From the NCBI GenBank assembly GCA_964395275.1, contig CAYNBQ010000002.1, positions 16,731 to 80,730 on the forward strand: DNA of 64,000 bases, in the 5' to 3' direction. A program made the position numbers and the translations under genes. The notes under the pieces are model-generated. The model was not told the DNA's origin, did no database searches, and saw only the letters and a list, made by a program, of their open reading frames with translations. Origin of the DNA: an uncultured Verrucomicrobiota bacterium (GTDB lineage Bacteria; Verrucomicrobiota; CALLYA01; CAYNBQ01). This document shows positions 8,353 to 17,487 of this stretch, piece after piece (within the stretch, counting starts at the first letter, position 1; every line of letters begins with the position of its first letter).

Positions 8353-9439
8353 ACGCCTTCTCCTCTCCGTTTTTTCGCCCGCCCCCGGCGGCAGGCCCGG
8401 GCCCCTCTCTTCCCGACATGTCCCGGACCGCCCTGCGCAGACGATTGCGAAACCCCCGCGGCCCGGTTTGCGCCTCCAGGCTGCGGATCACTTCCTCCGG
8501 CAGTTCGTCCCGCAGCGCGCGGAAGGCCCGCCGGCGCCGGTTCCTCGACGGCGAAAGCAGGGTTGCCGGCGGCAGGGTCCAGCGCACGGCCGGCGACGAC
8601 GCCCACCAGCCCGGCTCCGCGTACCCGAGTTCGTTCAACAGATCCCCCGCCTGAAGGTGAACGCGATAACGCATCCCGGCCGTAAGCGATTCCTCCCAGC
8701 CGCCGGCCCGTCCCTTCCGGAAGAAGCCATCCGGCAGTTCGGTTCCCCCCGCGCTCTTGCCGCGGAGTTTCATTCGTTCAAACTCGTGTTCCCGGAGAAT
8801 GCGTTCCGCCTCCGGCCGGCCGACGGGCAGGCCGACGAAGTCGAAAAGCCCCCGGAGAACCTCGGTCCCGTTCTCGAGGAGATCCTCGTACCGGACCTCC
8901 ATGTACCGATCGCCGAAGCGCCGCGCCTTGCCGGCCTCCCTCGCGAAGGACGCCCAGGTCCAGGCCGCCTTCTCGACCTCGGAGGGGGCCCAGCGGCTGC
9001 CCCATCCCCTCGAGGCGGCCAGCAGCGAGGCGACCACGTCCCGGCCGTCGCGGATCACGTGCACGAAACGCACGTCCGGCCGGAGCCGGTCGATGTGTTC
9101 GGTGTGTCCCGAGTATCCGGGATGCTTGTCCACGAGGACCTCCGCGTCCGGGTTCGAGGCCAGCACCCGCGCGTAGGCGTCCCGCAGAAATCCCCGCAGA
9201 TACTCGAGAAACTCCGTTTCGCTCCAGAGCAGGGGCAATCCGAGCGGTCCGCCCTGCTCCTTCAGTTCGCATTGTTCCTCCCAGGAACGCATCCACGGAA
9301 CCGTATAGAGATTGAAGAGCATCAGCTCGGCCGAGGTGCAGACGCGCGGATGCGCCCCGAGCATCGACTGCACCCAGGTCGTTCCGCTCCGGGGCGCCCC
9401 AATCACCACCACCAGGCGGACGTCTTCCGCGGGGTTCAT
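8348..9439 (-). CDS. Sulfotransferase family protein (PAPS-dependent)
   Basis: ORF 8348..9481, trimmed to ATG at 9439 (MNPAEDVRLVVVIGAPRSGTTW). PRSGTTW is a 5'-PSB motif and RDGRDVVASL a 3'-PB-like motif. ATGA overlap with the wzt stop. Confidence 0.75.
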   Translation of the reverse strand: MNPAEDVRLVVVIGAPRSGTTWVQSMLGAHPRVCTSAELMLFNLYTVPWMRSWEEQCELKEQGGPLGLPLLWSETEFLEYLRGFLRDAYARVLASNPDAEVLVDKHPGYSGHTEHIDRLRPDVRFVHVIRDGRDVVASLLAASRGWGSRWAPSEVEKAAWTWASFAREAGKARRFGDRYMEVRYEDLLENGTEVLRGLFDFVGLPVGRPEAERILREHEFERMKLRGKSAGGTELPDGFFRKGRAGGWEESLTAGMRYRVHLQAGDLLNELGYAEPGWWASSPAVRWTLPPATLLSPSRNRRRRAFRALRDELPEEVIRSLEAQTGPRGFRNRLRRAVRDMSGREGPGPAAGGGRKNGEEKAS

Positions 9440-10728
9440 CCGCGCTCGGTTCCCGGCGGATCCGTTCCGCCGTTTTCCCATCGGTAATCCACGAAGACCC
9501 CCGGTTGGCCCGGGGCGGGGATGATCCCCGTTCCGTAGTAGTCGCCGGCCTCGGTTGTCAACACCCCCGCCTCGGTGACCCAGTCCAGGGGGCGTTCCCC
9601 CTTTTCAGCGAAGAGATCGTAGACGTATCTGCCGGCCTTCAGCGGCCAGCGGTCGAGCACGCATTCGGTCGCGCCCCGGCCCGGCGGGAGGCGCAGGACC
9701 CTGCCGATGGCGCGGCTGCGGCAGGTGAACATCCGCCCGCCGTCGGGCGTCGCGAAGGCGATCCCGATGCCGACGTCATCCAGTCCGTCGGGGGCCCGGC
9801 ATTCGTAATGGATCCGGATCCGGACGGGGGACCCGGAAATCAGGGTCGTGGTGGCCGTTTCGCTGGCGGAATCGATGAACTCCACCCGGAGGAAGCGGAA
9901 ATCCTCGCCCCCCTGCCGGTCCTCTCTCGCGCCCAGGTCGGTTTCGAAGGAATCCTCGACCGTGCGCAGGTAATGCGTCACGGCGTCGCGCGCCGCGCCT
10001 TCGAAGACCAGCCGTCCCGAGTCCAGGACGATCGCGCGGGTGCAGAGCGACTGCACGGCGAGCATGTTGTGGCTGACGAACAGGACCGTCCGCCCGGATC
10101 GGGCCACGTCTCCCATCTTGCCCAGGCAACGCCTCTGGAAGGAGGCGTCGCCGACGGCCAGGACCTCGTCGACCAGGAGGATCTCCGGTTCCAGATGCGC
10201 GGCCACCGCGAAGGCGAGCCGCACGTACATGCCGCTCGAATACCGCTTCACGGGCGTGTCGAGAAAGCGGTTGATCTCGGCGAAGGCCACGATCCGGTCG
10301 AATTTCGCGGCGATCTCCTCGCGCGTCATGCCGAGGACCGCCCCGTTGAGAAAGATGTTCTCCCGCCCCGTCAGTTCGGGATGGAAACCGGTCCCCACCT
10401 CCAGGAGGGAACCGACCCGCCCGCGGATCGTCGCCCGTCCCGCGGAGGGTTCCGTGATGCGCGAAAGAATCTTCAGCAACGTGCTCTTTCCCGCGCCGTT
10501 GCGGCCGATGATCCCCAGCACCTCGCCCCGGGGCACGTCGAAGGTCAGGTCCTTCAAGGCCCAGAGACGCTCCCCAGGAAGCGTTCCACGCACCGCGATC
10601 GCGATGTTGCGCACCGGGGAACGGACGAATCGCCTCAGGGAATCCCTGAGGCTTCGCGAGGCCTCCCGCCGGGCCCCGATTCGATACCATTTCCCGAGGC
10701 CGTCGACCGAGATGGCCGGAAGGTTCAT
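9436..10728 (-). CDS. wzt: Polysaccharide ABC exporter ATP-binding protein (Wzt/TagH type) with C-terminal glycan-binding domain
   Basis: ORF 9436..10728. Walker A GRNGAGKST, ABC signature YSSGM, Walker B LLVDEVLAVGD, plus about 170 aa of C-terminal extension. Confidence 0.85.
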   Translation of the reverse strand: MNLPAISVDGLGKWYRIGARREASRSLRDSLRRFVRSPVRNIAIAVRGTLPGERLWALKDLTFDVPRGEVLGIIGRNGAGKSTLLKILSRITEPSAGRATIRGRVGSLLEVGTGFHPELTGRENIFLNGAVLGMTREEIAAKFDRIVAFAEINRFLDTPVKRYSSGMYVRLAFAVAAHLEPEILLVDEVLAVGDASFQRRCLGKMGDVARSGRTVLFVSHNMLAVQSLCTRAIVLDSGRLVFEGAARDAVTHYLRTVEDSFETDLGAREDRQGGEDFRFLRVEFIDSASETATTTLISGSPVRIRIHYECRAPDGLDDVGIGIAFATPDGGRMFTCRSRAIGRVLRLPPGRGATECVLDRWPLKAGRYVYDLFAEKGERPLDWVTEAGVLTTEAGDYYGTGIIPAPGQPGVFVDYRWENGGTDPPGTERG

Positions 10729-10759
10729 GGCGCGGATCGCCGGTTGCGCCGGGCCCCCT

Positions 10760-11644
10760 TCAAAGGAGGTCCACGATCGTTCGTTCCGTTCTCCGGAAGA
10801 TCATCATCCCGCTGAGCAGCAGGACCAGTACGATGGCCGCCGAGGCGAGCATCAGGATTCCGGGCGCGGTGCCCTTGCCGTAGACCGACCATCGGAACCC
10901 TTCGATCACCCAGAACATCGGGTTGAGTTTGTAGATCCAGAAGAGATGAGGAATCCGGTCGGCCACCGCGCCGGCCGTATAGACGACCGGGGTGGCGAAC
11001 TTCCAGACCTCGAGACCGTTCCGAACGGCGAATCGAAGGTCGCGATAGCGTACGGCGAGCGTGGCGCCCCACAGGCCCACCGCGAGGGCCGTCGCCATGG
11101 CCAGCAGAACGAAGACCGGGATCATCAGGAGTTCCCAACCCTGGATCACCACTTCGCCCCGGGCGACGTAGTACGCCATCATCCCCACCAGGACGATCAT
11201 CCGGGCCCCGAGATCGACGAGACCCGCGATGACCGCGCTGAAGGGAATGACCAGCCGCGGGAAATAGACCTTGGAAATGACCGGCATCGCCGCCACCAGG
11301 CTGTTCACCGACGCGTTGGCCGCCTGCGCGAAGTATCCCCACGGCAGCAGCGCCGTGTAGACGAAAAGCTGGTAGGGAACGCCGTCGCTCGAAAGGCGCG
11401 CCAGCTTTCCGAAGATGATCGTGAAGACGACCATGTCGATGATCGGCTGGATCAGGATCCAGAGCGGCCCGAGCGCCATCTGGCGATAGCGGGCCTTGAT
11501 GTCCCGCATCGTCAGGAACCACAGAAGTTCCCGGTACTGCCAGAGTTCGCCGAGCCCGAGGTTCGCCCAGCCCCGCGTGGGTTGGATCCGGATCGTCGGG
11601 GTCGCTTCCGCGGCTCGCCCTTCTGTCGTTGCGGTCGTGTTCAT
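10760..11644 (-). CDS. wzm: ABC-2 type polysaccharide exporter permease (Wzm/KpsM)
   Basis: ORF 10760..11644. ABC-2 permease signature (RDIKARYRQMALGPLWILIQP...) with 6 predicted TM helices. Confidence 0.85.
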   Translation of the reverse strand: MNTTATTEGRAAEATPTIRIQPTRGWANLGLGELWQYRELLWFLTMRDIKARYRQMALGPLWILIQPIIDMVVFTIIFGKLARLSSDGVPYQLFVYTALLPWGYFAQAANASVNSLVAAMPVISKVYFPRLVIPFSAVIAGLVDLGARMIVLVGMMAYYVARGEVVIQGWELLMIPVFVLLAMATALAVGLWGATLAVRYRDLRFAVRNGLEVWKFATPVVYTAGAVADRIPHLFWIYKLNPMFWVIEGFRWSVYGKGTAPGILMLASAAIVLVLLLSGMMIFRRTERTIVDLL

Positions 11645-11687
11645 TCGAAATTCCGCTCTGGATCCCGGCGCGGGGGATCGCCCGATT

Positions 11688-12650
11688 CTACCCGTTCTGC
11701 GACGGCGGGCGATGCTTCAGAAACCAGTCGCAGGTCCGACGCAAGCCCTCGTCGAAGGAGGTCGAGGCCTCGAATCCGAAGCGTTCCCGGGCCCGGGTGA
11801 CGTCGAGACATCGGCGCGGCTGCCCGTTGGGTTTGTCCCGGTCCCATTCGATGCTCCCTTCGAACCCGGTCAGTTCCCGGATCGTTTCCGCCAGATCCCG
11901 GATCGAGATCTCCATTCCCGAGCCGAGGTTCACCGGTTCCGCTTCGTCGTATCGTTCCGCGGCCAGCAGGAGGCCCTCGGCGCAGTCCTCCACGTAGAGA
12001 AACTCGCGCGTCGGACTCCCGTCGCCCCAGAGAACCACCGAATCGCGGCCTTCTTCGCGGGCTTCGACGAACTTGCGGATCATCGCCGGAATGACGTGGC
12101 TCGTTTCCAGATCGAAGTTGTCCCGCGGTCCGTAGAGATTCACCGGCAGCAGGTAGATCGCGTTCATCCCGTACTGCCGGCGGTAGCTCTGCGCCAGCAC
12201 GAGAAGCATCTTCTTCGCCAGGCCGTAGGGGGCGTTCGTCTCCTCGGGATACCCCTTCCAGAGATCTTCCTCGCGGAAGGGCACCGGCGTGAATTTCGGA
12301 TAGGCGCAGATCGTCCCGACCAGGACCACCTTCTCCACCCCCGTCCGGCGGGCCGCCTCGATCAGGTGCACCCCCATCTCCAGGTTGTCGTGCGCGAACA
12401 ACCCCGGGTTCTCCCGGTTCGCCCCGATTCCGCCGACCCGCGCCGCTAGGTGAAAAACGATCTGCGGACGGGTCTCCTCGAAGAGACGAAACGTCGCCTC
12501 CTGGGAGGTCAGGTCCCATTCCCGGCTTCGAGGGACCAGCACGTCCCGGGCGCCCCGTTTGCGCAGTCCCTCCACCAGATGCGATCCGAGAAACCCGGAT
12601 CCGCCCGTGACCATCACGCGCAAGTCGCCCCAGCCGTTCCGCATCTTCAT
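11688..12650 (-). CDS. fcl: GDP-L-fucose synthase (GDP-4-keto-6-deoxy-D-mannose 3,5-epimerase/4-reductase)
   Basis: C-terminal 320 aa of ORF 11688..13025 from [25 protein letters not shown]. Fcl family (...[15 protein letters not shown]...PYGLAKK). ATGA overlap with the gmd stop. Confidence 0.85.
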   Translation of the reverse strand: MKMRNGWGDLRVMVTGGSGFLGSHLVEGLRKRGARDVLVPRSREWDLTSQEATFRLFEETRPQIVFHLAARVGGIGANRENPGLFAHDNLEMGVHLIEAARRTGVEKVVLVGTICAYPKFTPVPFREEDLWKGYPEETNAPYGLAKKMLLVLAQSYRRQYGMNAIYLLPVNLYGPRDNFDLETSHVIPAMIRKFVEAREEGRDSVVLWGDGSPTREFLYVEDCAEGLLLAAERYDEAEPVNLGSGMEISIRDLAETIRELTGFEGSIEWDRDKPNGQPRRCLDVTRARERFGFEASTSFDEGLRRTCDWFLKHRPPSQNG

Positions 12651-13726
12651 CGGGGATCCCCCTGCCCGGCGGCCACCGCGGCGGAGGAGATCTTCTCGCG
12701 TTCGGCCAGCCGCGCGTCCGCGTCGGTCATGATCGCCACCAGCTGTTCGAAGTCGACGGTCGGTTTCCAGCCGAGTTTCGAGCGGATCTTCGATGCGTCT
12801 CCCTGCAGCAGATCCACTTCGCTCGGACGGAAATACCGGGGATCGATCTCGATGAGAACCCGTCCCGTCTTCCGTTCGAGACCCCGTTCCTCCGCTCCCT
12901 CCCCTTCCCACACGAGGGGCAGACCGACCCTCTCGAAGGCGAGTTCGCAGAACTCGCGTACGCTGTGGGTCTCGCCGGTCGCCACCACGTAATCGTCCGG
13001 TTCGTCCGCCTGGAGGATCCGCCACATCGCCTCGACGTAGTCCTTCGCGTATCCCCAGTCCCGGCGCGCGTCCAGGTTCCCCAGGTACAGCCGGTCCTGC
13101 AGCCCGTAACGGATCCTCCCGGCCGCCCTCGTGATCTTCCGCGTGACGAAGGTCTCCCCGCGCCGGGGCGACTCATGGTTGAAGAGGATGCCGTTGGCCG
13201 CGAACATCCCGTAGGCTTCGCGATAGTTCCTCGTGACGAAGAAGCCCAGGGCCTTGGCCGCCGCATACGGGCTGCGCGGGTAGAAGGGCGTCGTTTCGGT
13301 CTGAGGCGTCTCCAGAACCTTCCCGTACAGCTCCGACGACGAGGCCTGGTAGAAGCGCGCATCCAGCCCCAGTTCGCGCATGGCTTCCAGGATCCGGATC
13401 ACCCCCACCCCCGTCACCTCCGCGGTATATTCCGGGATCTCGAAGGACACCTTGACGTGACTCTGTGCGCCGAGGTTGTAGACCTCGTCGGGCCGCACCG
13501 TTTTCAGGATCCGGTTCAACGAGGAGGCGTCGTTCAGATCGCCGTAGACGAGATTCAGACGCCGGCGGACCACATGGGGATCCTGGTAGATGTGGTCGAT
13601 GCGCGACGTGTTGAACGAAGACGACCGCCGGACGATTCCCCAGACCTCGTACCCCCTGGCCAGCAGAAGTTCCGCCAGGTACGATCCGTCCTGGCCGGTG
13701 ATTCCCGTCACCAACGCCTTCTTCAC
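12647..13726 (-). CDS. gmd: GDP-mannose 4,6-dehydratase
   Basis: ORF 12647..13792, trimmed to GTG at 13724-13726 ([22 protein letters not shown]). Canonical Gmd sequence (...[11 protein letters not shown]...SPYAAAK...[11 protein letters not shown]). Confidence 0.9.
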   Translation of the reverse strand: MKKALVTGITGQDGSYLAELLLARGYEVWGIVRRSSSFNTSRIDHIYQDPHVVRRRLNLVYGDLNDASSLNRILKTVRPDEVYNLGAQSHVKVSFEIPEYTAEVTGVGVIRILEAMRELGLDARFYQASSSELYGKVLETPQTETTPFYPRSPYAAAKALGFFVTRNYREAYGMFAANGILFNHESPRRGETFVTRKITRAAGRIRYGLQDRLYLGNLDARRDWGYAKDYVEAMWRILQADEPDDYVVATGETHSVREFCELAFERVGLPLVWEGEGAEERGLERKTGRVLIEIDPRYFRPSEVDLLQGDASKIRSKLGWKPTVDFEQLVAIMTDADARLAEREKISSAAVAAGQGDPR

Positions 13727-13797
13727 GATCGATCGACCATTCTCTCCGAATCCGGGTCGCGCGGACCCGCGAGACAAAGCTACCGCACGCACGGAAG

Positions 13798-13825
13798 ATC
13801 GGGGCTGCCGCGCAACCCCCGATCG
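13798..13825. other. Inverted repeat (gatcgggg...ccccgatc, 8-bp stem, 12-nt loop) in the ~400-bp gap between the wzc-like stop and the gmd start
   Basis: Seen directly. It sits about 70 nt upstream of the gmd start, next to a GCGGTAG ops-like heptamer on the coding strand. Confidence 0.25.
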
Positions 13826-14123
13826 CCCGCTTCATTTCTCACCATGCCGATTCCGTCCGGAGGCCTGCGGACGAACCCGTTCCAGGCCGTCCTGCCGCAA
13901 TCCGGCTCCTTCAACCGCCCTCCCGGACCGGGGTTCCCCGCCAGGAGGAACCGAGAATAACAGTCGCCGCACAGGCCGTCGCCAGTCAACCGGAATCCCC
14001 CTTTCCCCCCGCCGCCCGGAGAACCGCCTACCGGAGAACGCTTTCGTCCGGAGGGATGATCCGCAATCGCCGGTCGCGACATCACGTTTCCGGCGGGTCG
14101 CTCCCGGCAAACGCCCCGGGACC

Positions 14124-16409
14124 TCACGAAGGAGCCGAAACCTCCTTCTCGTCGGCCTCCGCCGCGGTCGTCGAGGCCGGCGTCTCCCTGCTCGAACGCC
14201 TCTTCTTCCTCTTGCGGACCCGCCGCTTCCGACGTTCGCCGTCGCCGTAGTAGGAATCGTGATAATAGGCGTAGTAATAGTAATAGGCGCCCGAGTTGAC
14301 GTTGATCCGGTTCAGAACGGCTCCGGCGATCCGCGCCCGCGCGTCGATCAGCCGGTTGATCGTGCGCACGATCAGCTTCTTGCGCACCTTGCCGAACTGC
14401 ACGATGAGCATCGTCGCATCGACCCGCCGGCTCAGGATCAGCGAATCGGCCACCGCGCTGATCGGCGGCGTATCCAGCAGCACCCTGTCGAACGATTCTC
14501 CCACCTCGGCCAGGAACCGGGCCATCTCCTGCGATGCCAGCAGTTCCCCCGGGTTCGGAACCGTGGCGCCCACCGTGCAGAGCCAGAGGTTCTCGATTCC
14601 CGTCGGTTGACAGACGTCCGTGACGGCCGATTTCCGTCCCTGAAGGTAGTCCGACAGGCCGCCCGAACGGGATACGCCGAAAATCCTGTGCAGCGACGGA
14701 CGCCGGAGATCCGCATCGACCAGCAGCGTCCGGGAACCCGCCTGGGCATAGGCGATCGCGAGGTTCGAAGAGATCAGGGACTTCCCCTCGCCCGGTCCCG
14801 CGCTGGTGATCACGATCCGGCGGCAGGCGGCCTCGTCGTCCTCCTCGAAACCGAGGGCCGCGCGCAGCGTCCGGAAGGACTCCGCGGCGGTCGTCTGGGA
14901 ATGCTTTTCGACGAGCCGGTCACGTTCCTCGTCCGGCAGGTTGTCCACGGCCGGAATCAATCCGAGGAACGGCACGCTCAGAACCTTTTCGATGTCCTCC
15001 TGGGACTTGATCCGGTCGTCGAAGGCGTTGAGCAGGAAGATCAACCCGAGCCCGCTGAGCAGGCCGAATCCCGTCGAGGCGAGGATGATCCGGGGACGGT
15101 CCGGTTTCGTCGGGCGCGCCGGGGGGCGGGCTTCGGAGACGATCTGGACGTTGTTGACCTCCATCTCGCCCGCGATCTCCGCCTCCTCCATCCGTTTCAG
15201 CACGGCGTTGTAAAGGGCCTCGAGCGTGTTCGCGCGGCGCTGGAGGATGTCGAATTCGACCCGTTTGCGGTCGATCTCCATCGCCTTGCGCTCGGTTTCC
15301 CGGAGGGTGCGGGTCAGCTCCTCTTCGCGCGCCCGGACCATCTCGTAATCCGCGCGGGCCCGTTGCAGGAGCTTTTCCGCCTCGGACCGGAGCTGCTGTC
15401 GGACCTTTTCCAGTTCGGCCTTGGCCTCGATGACGTCCGGATGCTTGTCCAGAAACCGTTCCTGCAACCGCGCCAGGGCCGCTTCCCGGTCGTTGACCTG
15501 CACCCGCAGCCTTTCCAGGGTGGCCGCGCCCGGAATTCCCGCCGGGATGGAATCGAGACCTCCGCCCGCGGCCAGGAGGCGGCTCAGTTCGTTGTAGGTG
15601 TTCTCCTTCTTGATCAGTTCCGTGCGGGCCTGGGTGACGGCGCTGTTCAGCTGGCGCAGTTCCTGCAGAACGATGTCCTTGCGATCCTCCAGGGAGATCG
15701 TCTTCTGCTCCGCCTTCAGATCCTCCAGGGCCATCTCGCGCTGGGCGACCTGGGCCTCGAGATTGGTCGCCATGCTCGCCAGCCAGCTCAATCCCTCGTG
15801 CGCCCGCGTCATCCGGTTCTGCAGGTTCTGCTCGACGTAGTTGCGCAGCAGGGAATTGGCGATCGTCGCCGCCAGCACGGCGTCCGCCGACTGGGCGTAG
15901 ACGTCGATCAGCTGGCTGTTGGCCACCGGACGGATCCGGATCGAATCCCGAATGAGCTGGCGGTCCCGCGCCCGGCGTCCCGCGTCGGTCGAAAGGTCCG
16001 GACCGAGATGGAAGAGCCGTTCGAAGAATCCCCGGTCGATGTTCGGATAGTTCTTCCGGACCCGTTCGATTTCCTGCTGCACCTCCGGATCGTCCAGCAC
16101 GAGATCGACCATCGCGCCGCTCTGCAGGATGCGCAGCTGGCTGTTGAAGAACTGGTTGAACTGCTGCGGGGTGGCGGGTTCCGGCACGCTGCCCTTGATG
16201 TCGGCCGGACGGGGAGGATTCATCAGGATTTCCAGCTGCGCCACGGCCACGTATTCCGGAACGGCCATCACGCAGTAGGCGACCGACAGCGCCACGGCCA
16301 GGAAGAGCGTTACCCCCAGGATCCAGATCCGCTCCCGGATGATCCGCAGGTAGTCGTACAACGACAGCCCCGGCTCCGGCACGTAGTAACGTTCCGCTTC
16401 CGCCGGCAT
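14124..16409 (-). CDS. Polysaccharide co-polymerase / BY-kinase fusion (Wzc/GumC-like) with Tyr-rich C-terminal tail
   Basis: ORF 14124..16508. N-terminal Wzz/PCP domain (TM, long coiled coil, second TM). C-terminal P-loop kinase domain with Walker A SAGPGEGKS and VLLDTPPIS. Tail SGAYYYYYAYYHDSYYGDG followed by a Lys/Arg-rich end. Start is either ATG 16409 (RBS-like GGAG upstream) or GTG 16508. Confidence 0.8.
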   Translation of the reverse strand: MPAEAERYYVPEPGLSLYDYLRIIRERIWILGVTLFLAVALSVAYCVMAVPEYVAVAQLEILMNPPRPADIKGSVPEPATPQQFNQFFNSQLRILQSGAMVDLVLDDPEVQQEIERVRKNYPNIDRGFFERLFHLGPDLSTDAGRRARDRQLIRDSIRIRPVANSQLIDVYAQSADAVLAATIANSLLRNYVEQNLQNRMTRAHEGLSWLASMATNLEAQVAQREMALEDLKAEQKTISLEDRKDIVLQELRQLNSAVTQARTELIKKENTYNELSRLLAAGGGLDSIPAGIPGAATLERLRVQVNDREAALARLQERFLDKHPDVIEAKAELEKVRQQLRSEAEKLLQRARADYEMVRAREEELTRTLRETERKAMEIDRKRVEFDILQRRANTLEALYNAVLKRMEEAEIAGEMEVNNVQIVSEARPPARPTKPDRPRIILASTGFGLLSGLGLIFLLNAFDDRIKSQEDIEKVLSVPFLGLIPAVDNLPDEERDRLVEKHSQTTAAESFRTLRAALGFEEDDEAACRRIVITSAGPGEGKSLISSNLAIAYAQAGSRTLLVDADLRRPSLHRIFGVSRSGGLSDYLQGRKSAVTDVCQPTGIENLWLCTVGATVPNPGELLASQEMARFLAEVGESFDRVLLDTPPISAVADSLILSRRVDATMLIVQFGKVRKKLIVRTINRLIDARARIAGAVLNRINVNSGAYYYYYAYYHDSYYGDGERRKRRVRKRKKRRSSRETPASTTAAEADEKEVSAPS

Positions 16410-16553
16410 CGCCGGCACGACTCCGTCCAGGGCGTCGCCTCGATTCTCACTCACTCCCGCAACTCCTTCGCGACCTCTCGATCCGCGTTTCCGCCGACCC
16501 CGATCCACCCGGCCGGCGCATGCGCCGGCCCGGGGAAAACCGCCGGCGAACCC

Positions 16554-17288
16554 CTAGAAGAAGGTTTCCGGAACCCTCACGATATCGCCCGGCGTCAACT
16601 GCAGATCCTCCTGATCGCCGTTCACGATCCGGTCGAAGTTGACCTTGATCCGACGGCGCTTCCCGTCCTCGCCGATGCGCGTGACCTGGATCCGGGTTCT
16701 CGCGGCCGTTTCGGTGAACCCGCCGGCCGCCGCGATCAGGTCCATCAGCCCGATCGATTTCCTCCCGGGCGGCAGCGTCACCGGCCCCGGTTTCCGGACT
16801 TCGCCGAAGACGGGAATCGACAGCATGCTGACCGTTCCCTGCCTCGGCTGGATCTCCACGGTCACCTGGGGATTCTTCAGATATCCGTCGGCGAGCTGCT
16901 GCGCCAGGGTCTGTTCGATCTCGTACTTCGTCTTCCCGATCACGAAGACCCGGCCGATCAGGGGAAGGTTGATCGTTCCGTCCGTGTCGACGATCGGGTT
17001 CCCGTTCAGCCGGGCCTCCTGGAAAACCCTCACGGAGACGACGTCCCCGGCGCGGACCCGGTAGAGTTCCGTCGTATCCGGCGTTTCCGTCGGATTGCCG
17101 GTCTGTGCGCCCGGTTCCGCGCCCGACTCGACGACGGCGGCCTCCCCGTCCGCGCCTCCCGTCGGCGCGCCCTGCGCCGGAACCGAGGGAGGAAGGTCCT
17201 CAGAGACGCAGGATGCGAGCAGACAGGCCAGAACGGTCGCTGTCAGCACCGACGACGACATACGGCGGAAACAATCGATCTTCGTCAT
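16554..17288 (-). CDS. Polysaccharide export lipoprotein (Wza/GumB family, SLBB domain)
   Basis: C-terminal 244 aa of ORF 16554..17723 from MTKIDCFRRMSSSVLTATVLACLLASC (lipobox). YRVRAGDVVSVRVF...NPIVDTDGTINLPLIGRV is the polysaccharide-export N-terminal domain, with C-terminal GDIVRVPETFF. Confidence 0.8.
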   Translation of the reverse strand: MTKIDCFRRMSSSVLTATVLACLLASCVSEDLPPSVPAQGAPTGGADGEAAVVESGAEPGAQTGNPTETPDTTELYRVRAGDVVSVRVFQEARLNGNPIVDTDGTINLPLIGRVFVIGKTKYEIEQTLAQQLADGYLKNPQVTVEIQPRQGTVSMLSIPVFGEVRKPGPVTLPPGRKSIGLMDLIAAAGGFTETAARTRIQVTRIGEDGKRRRIKVNFDRIVNGDQEDLQLTPGDIVRVPETFF

Positions 17289-17487
17289 GGTTCTTGCCCC
17301 GATGCGCGGGGGAGATCCTCCCGCCCGGCTTCCGTGGTTCTCTCGCCCGCCCTCCGGGCCCGGTTCCGTCCGATTGAAATATCCGCCTTCCGAATCCCTC
17401 CGCCGGCGATGCATCCCGCGCGTCGACGGCGTCAAAGATAACATCGGCCCATGCGTCGTCAACGGTGAAAGGGCGGGCCCGAAAGGC

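Noticed and set aside
5724-8654. 976-aa plus-strand ORF (and similar: 1088..2719 +, 13590..17441 +, 17095..20991 +, 20622..22922 +, 41515..46278 +, 45248..48214 -, 51374..54022 +)
   Set aside because: Arg/Pro/Gly/Ala-rich low-complexity translations lying antisense or out of frame to well-supported genes. These are typical spurious open frames in ~70% GC DNA with no recognisable domains.
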